The notes beneath the pieces were generated by a model. That model was not told where the DNA came from. It worked only from the letters and a program-made list of their open reading frames with translations, and searched no databases. Of a DNA stretch of 64,000 bases, positions 62,627-64,000 are shown in pieces. Each line of letters begins with the position of its first letter. Position 1 is the first letter of the stretch. Where the stretch lies: contig OX597814.1 in assembly GCA_951406725.2 (NCBI GenBank), forward strand, positions 209,374,001 to 209,438,000, read 5' to 3'. The position numbers and the translations under genes were made by a program. This DNA comes from Octopus vulgaris. Its lineage: Eukaryota.

Positions 62627-64000
62627 CCAATTATAATAATTTTAATTATATATAATTTAGGCCTAAGTTTAATCCCTTTAACATGTTATATCTTGGGTGG
62701 AAGTTGTTATAGACAGCTTGACTGAAATGCGGGCAGAGTTGAGTAATAATAAACCATACATGCGATTCCATTCCCTGAGTAACCAAACACACAACGGGTT
62801 TCCTGTTGCATTCCAACTCTTGCATTAAAAGCAGCAAGAATTATCATCTTTCCGTGCTTTGGGGGTGACAAAATGGCGGTACGAAGAGATTTGTAGAATT
62901 ATATAATAGAATCATTGCTAGTTATGGAGGTTGAAAGATAAATGCAGAAAAAATACATAAGGTCCACATAAGAATGAAAATTGGAAATTCATAATGCCAT
63001 CAGCTATACTGCATGGATGCTCTATTTGATGAAATAAAGTTGTTTGGATTGTAAAAGGAACACTGTTGTTTCTCCTTTTGCTCATTTGTGTTCGACTCAA
63101 AATAATAAGAAATCAAAACATACATCACTGAGTTAATTCTTATCTGAAAGTTTCATTTGAAAGGGTATTACTGTGTCTAACAGGCGACTTTTGTCGCACA
63201 TTCTTCTTTAGCATCCTCCCAACAAACGTTGTGAACAATGCTTACGTGCTAAACAAGACTGTTTAGATGCAAGAATCGTCACTGAAAATCTGTTTTTGTT
63301 TATGAAAAAATGTTATGTGAAGAATCCTTTCACCTTTTCGCAGTTTCATGACTAAGTGCTTCTAACTAGTTAAGCCTGAACACGTCGCCACAGCATCACC
63401 ACAACACACTGGATAGAAACCAAAGTATGTAGTGATGAGAGATATGTACAAAATATCTGAAGCTGTTTCAACTGCAAGATTTATGCATCAGTGGACCTTG
63501 TCTTAGACGTTTCTACGAAAATAATACTAACAGGTCAGTAGATGTCTGGTTTTGGAGTTTTTCATCTCCAAGTGGCTCTACTGTGCGTCAAGACACGAAT
63601 CTGAATATTTCTACGTACCTGTGCTAACATTTATACGTACAAACATATAAAACTATATTACAACAATACAAAGGCATACGTTATGCTTTCTGATAGTAAT
63701 CAAATTCGAATGCTTACCTTCTTCGTCTTAGAAACGAAGTCATATATTGGATATATTCTTGTATTCTTAATTATGATTGCACTCTAATTCATACACTGAC
63801 AATTACAAAGCCATATAAACAACAAGCAGTATTTTTATATGTCTATGTCGTTGTGGATGTACGTTTTAGACACGTTATTACAGGTTAGACTGGGAGATAT
63901 TTTCATGATTTTCATCAAAACGTGTCTGTCTTGATTCGTTGCTAAATTTCATTTACATACAATAGAAATTTAGTTCAAAGTTTTATTCTTCATTCATTAA

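Noticed and set aside
62869-62900. CAAAATGGCGG YY1/start-codon-like motif
   Set aside because: The frame closes after 7 codons; a single short motif is insufficient.

Overview
AT-rich, repeat-saturated eukaryotic (animal) non-coding DNA. I could not support any intact host protein-coding gene; most listed ORFs are microsatellite translations. The SINE families and the (TAA)n/(CA)n load resemble octopus/coleoid cephalopod DNA (inference from memory, not a database result). The window is a layered transposon graveyard. It holds R4/Dong-type restriction-like-endonuclease LINEs sitting in (TAA)n tracts, including one ~2.5 kb copy with a near-open RT-CCHC-RLE frame. It also holds Tx1/L1, RTE, Hero, Gypsy and Penelope-like (RT and GIY-YIG) fragments, mariner and Chapaev3-like transposase relics, a hAT MITE, two non-autonomous Helitrons and at least four tRNA-derived SINE families. 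The most interesting signal is a set of four or five sequence-unrelated minimal type-I hammerhead-ribozyme motifs (CTGAnGA...GAAA-palindrome-cleavage triplet) in short non-coding repeats. One lies inside a long inverted repeat and two carry ~95-nt stem II inserts. Also notable are a non-coding (TAA)n-embedded element that may parasitise Dong, a covarying 3' stem-loop in the Dong copies, and a head-to-tail SINE multimer. All calls were made by eye; boundaries of degenerate elements are approximate.
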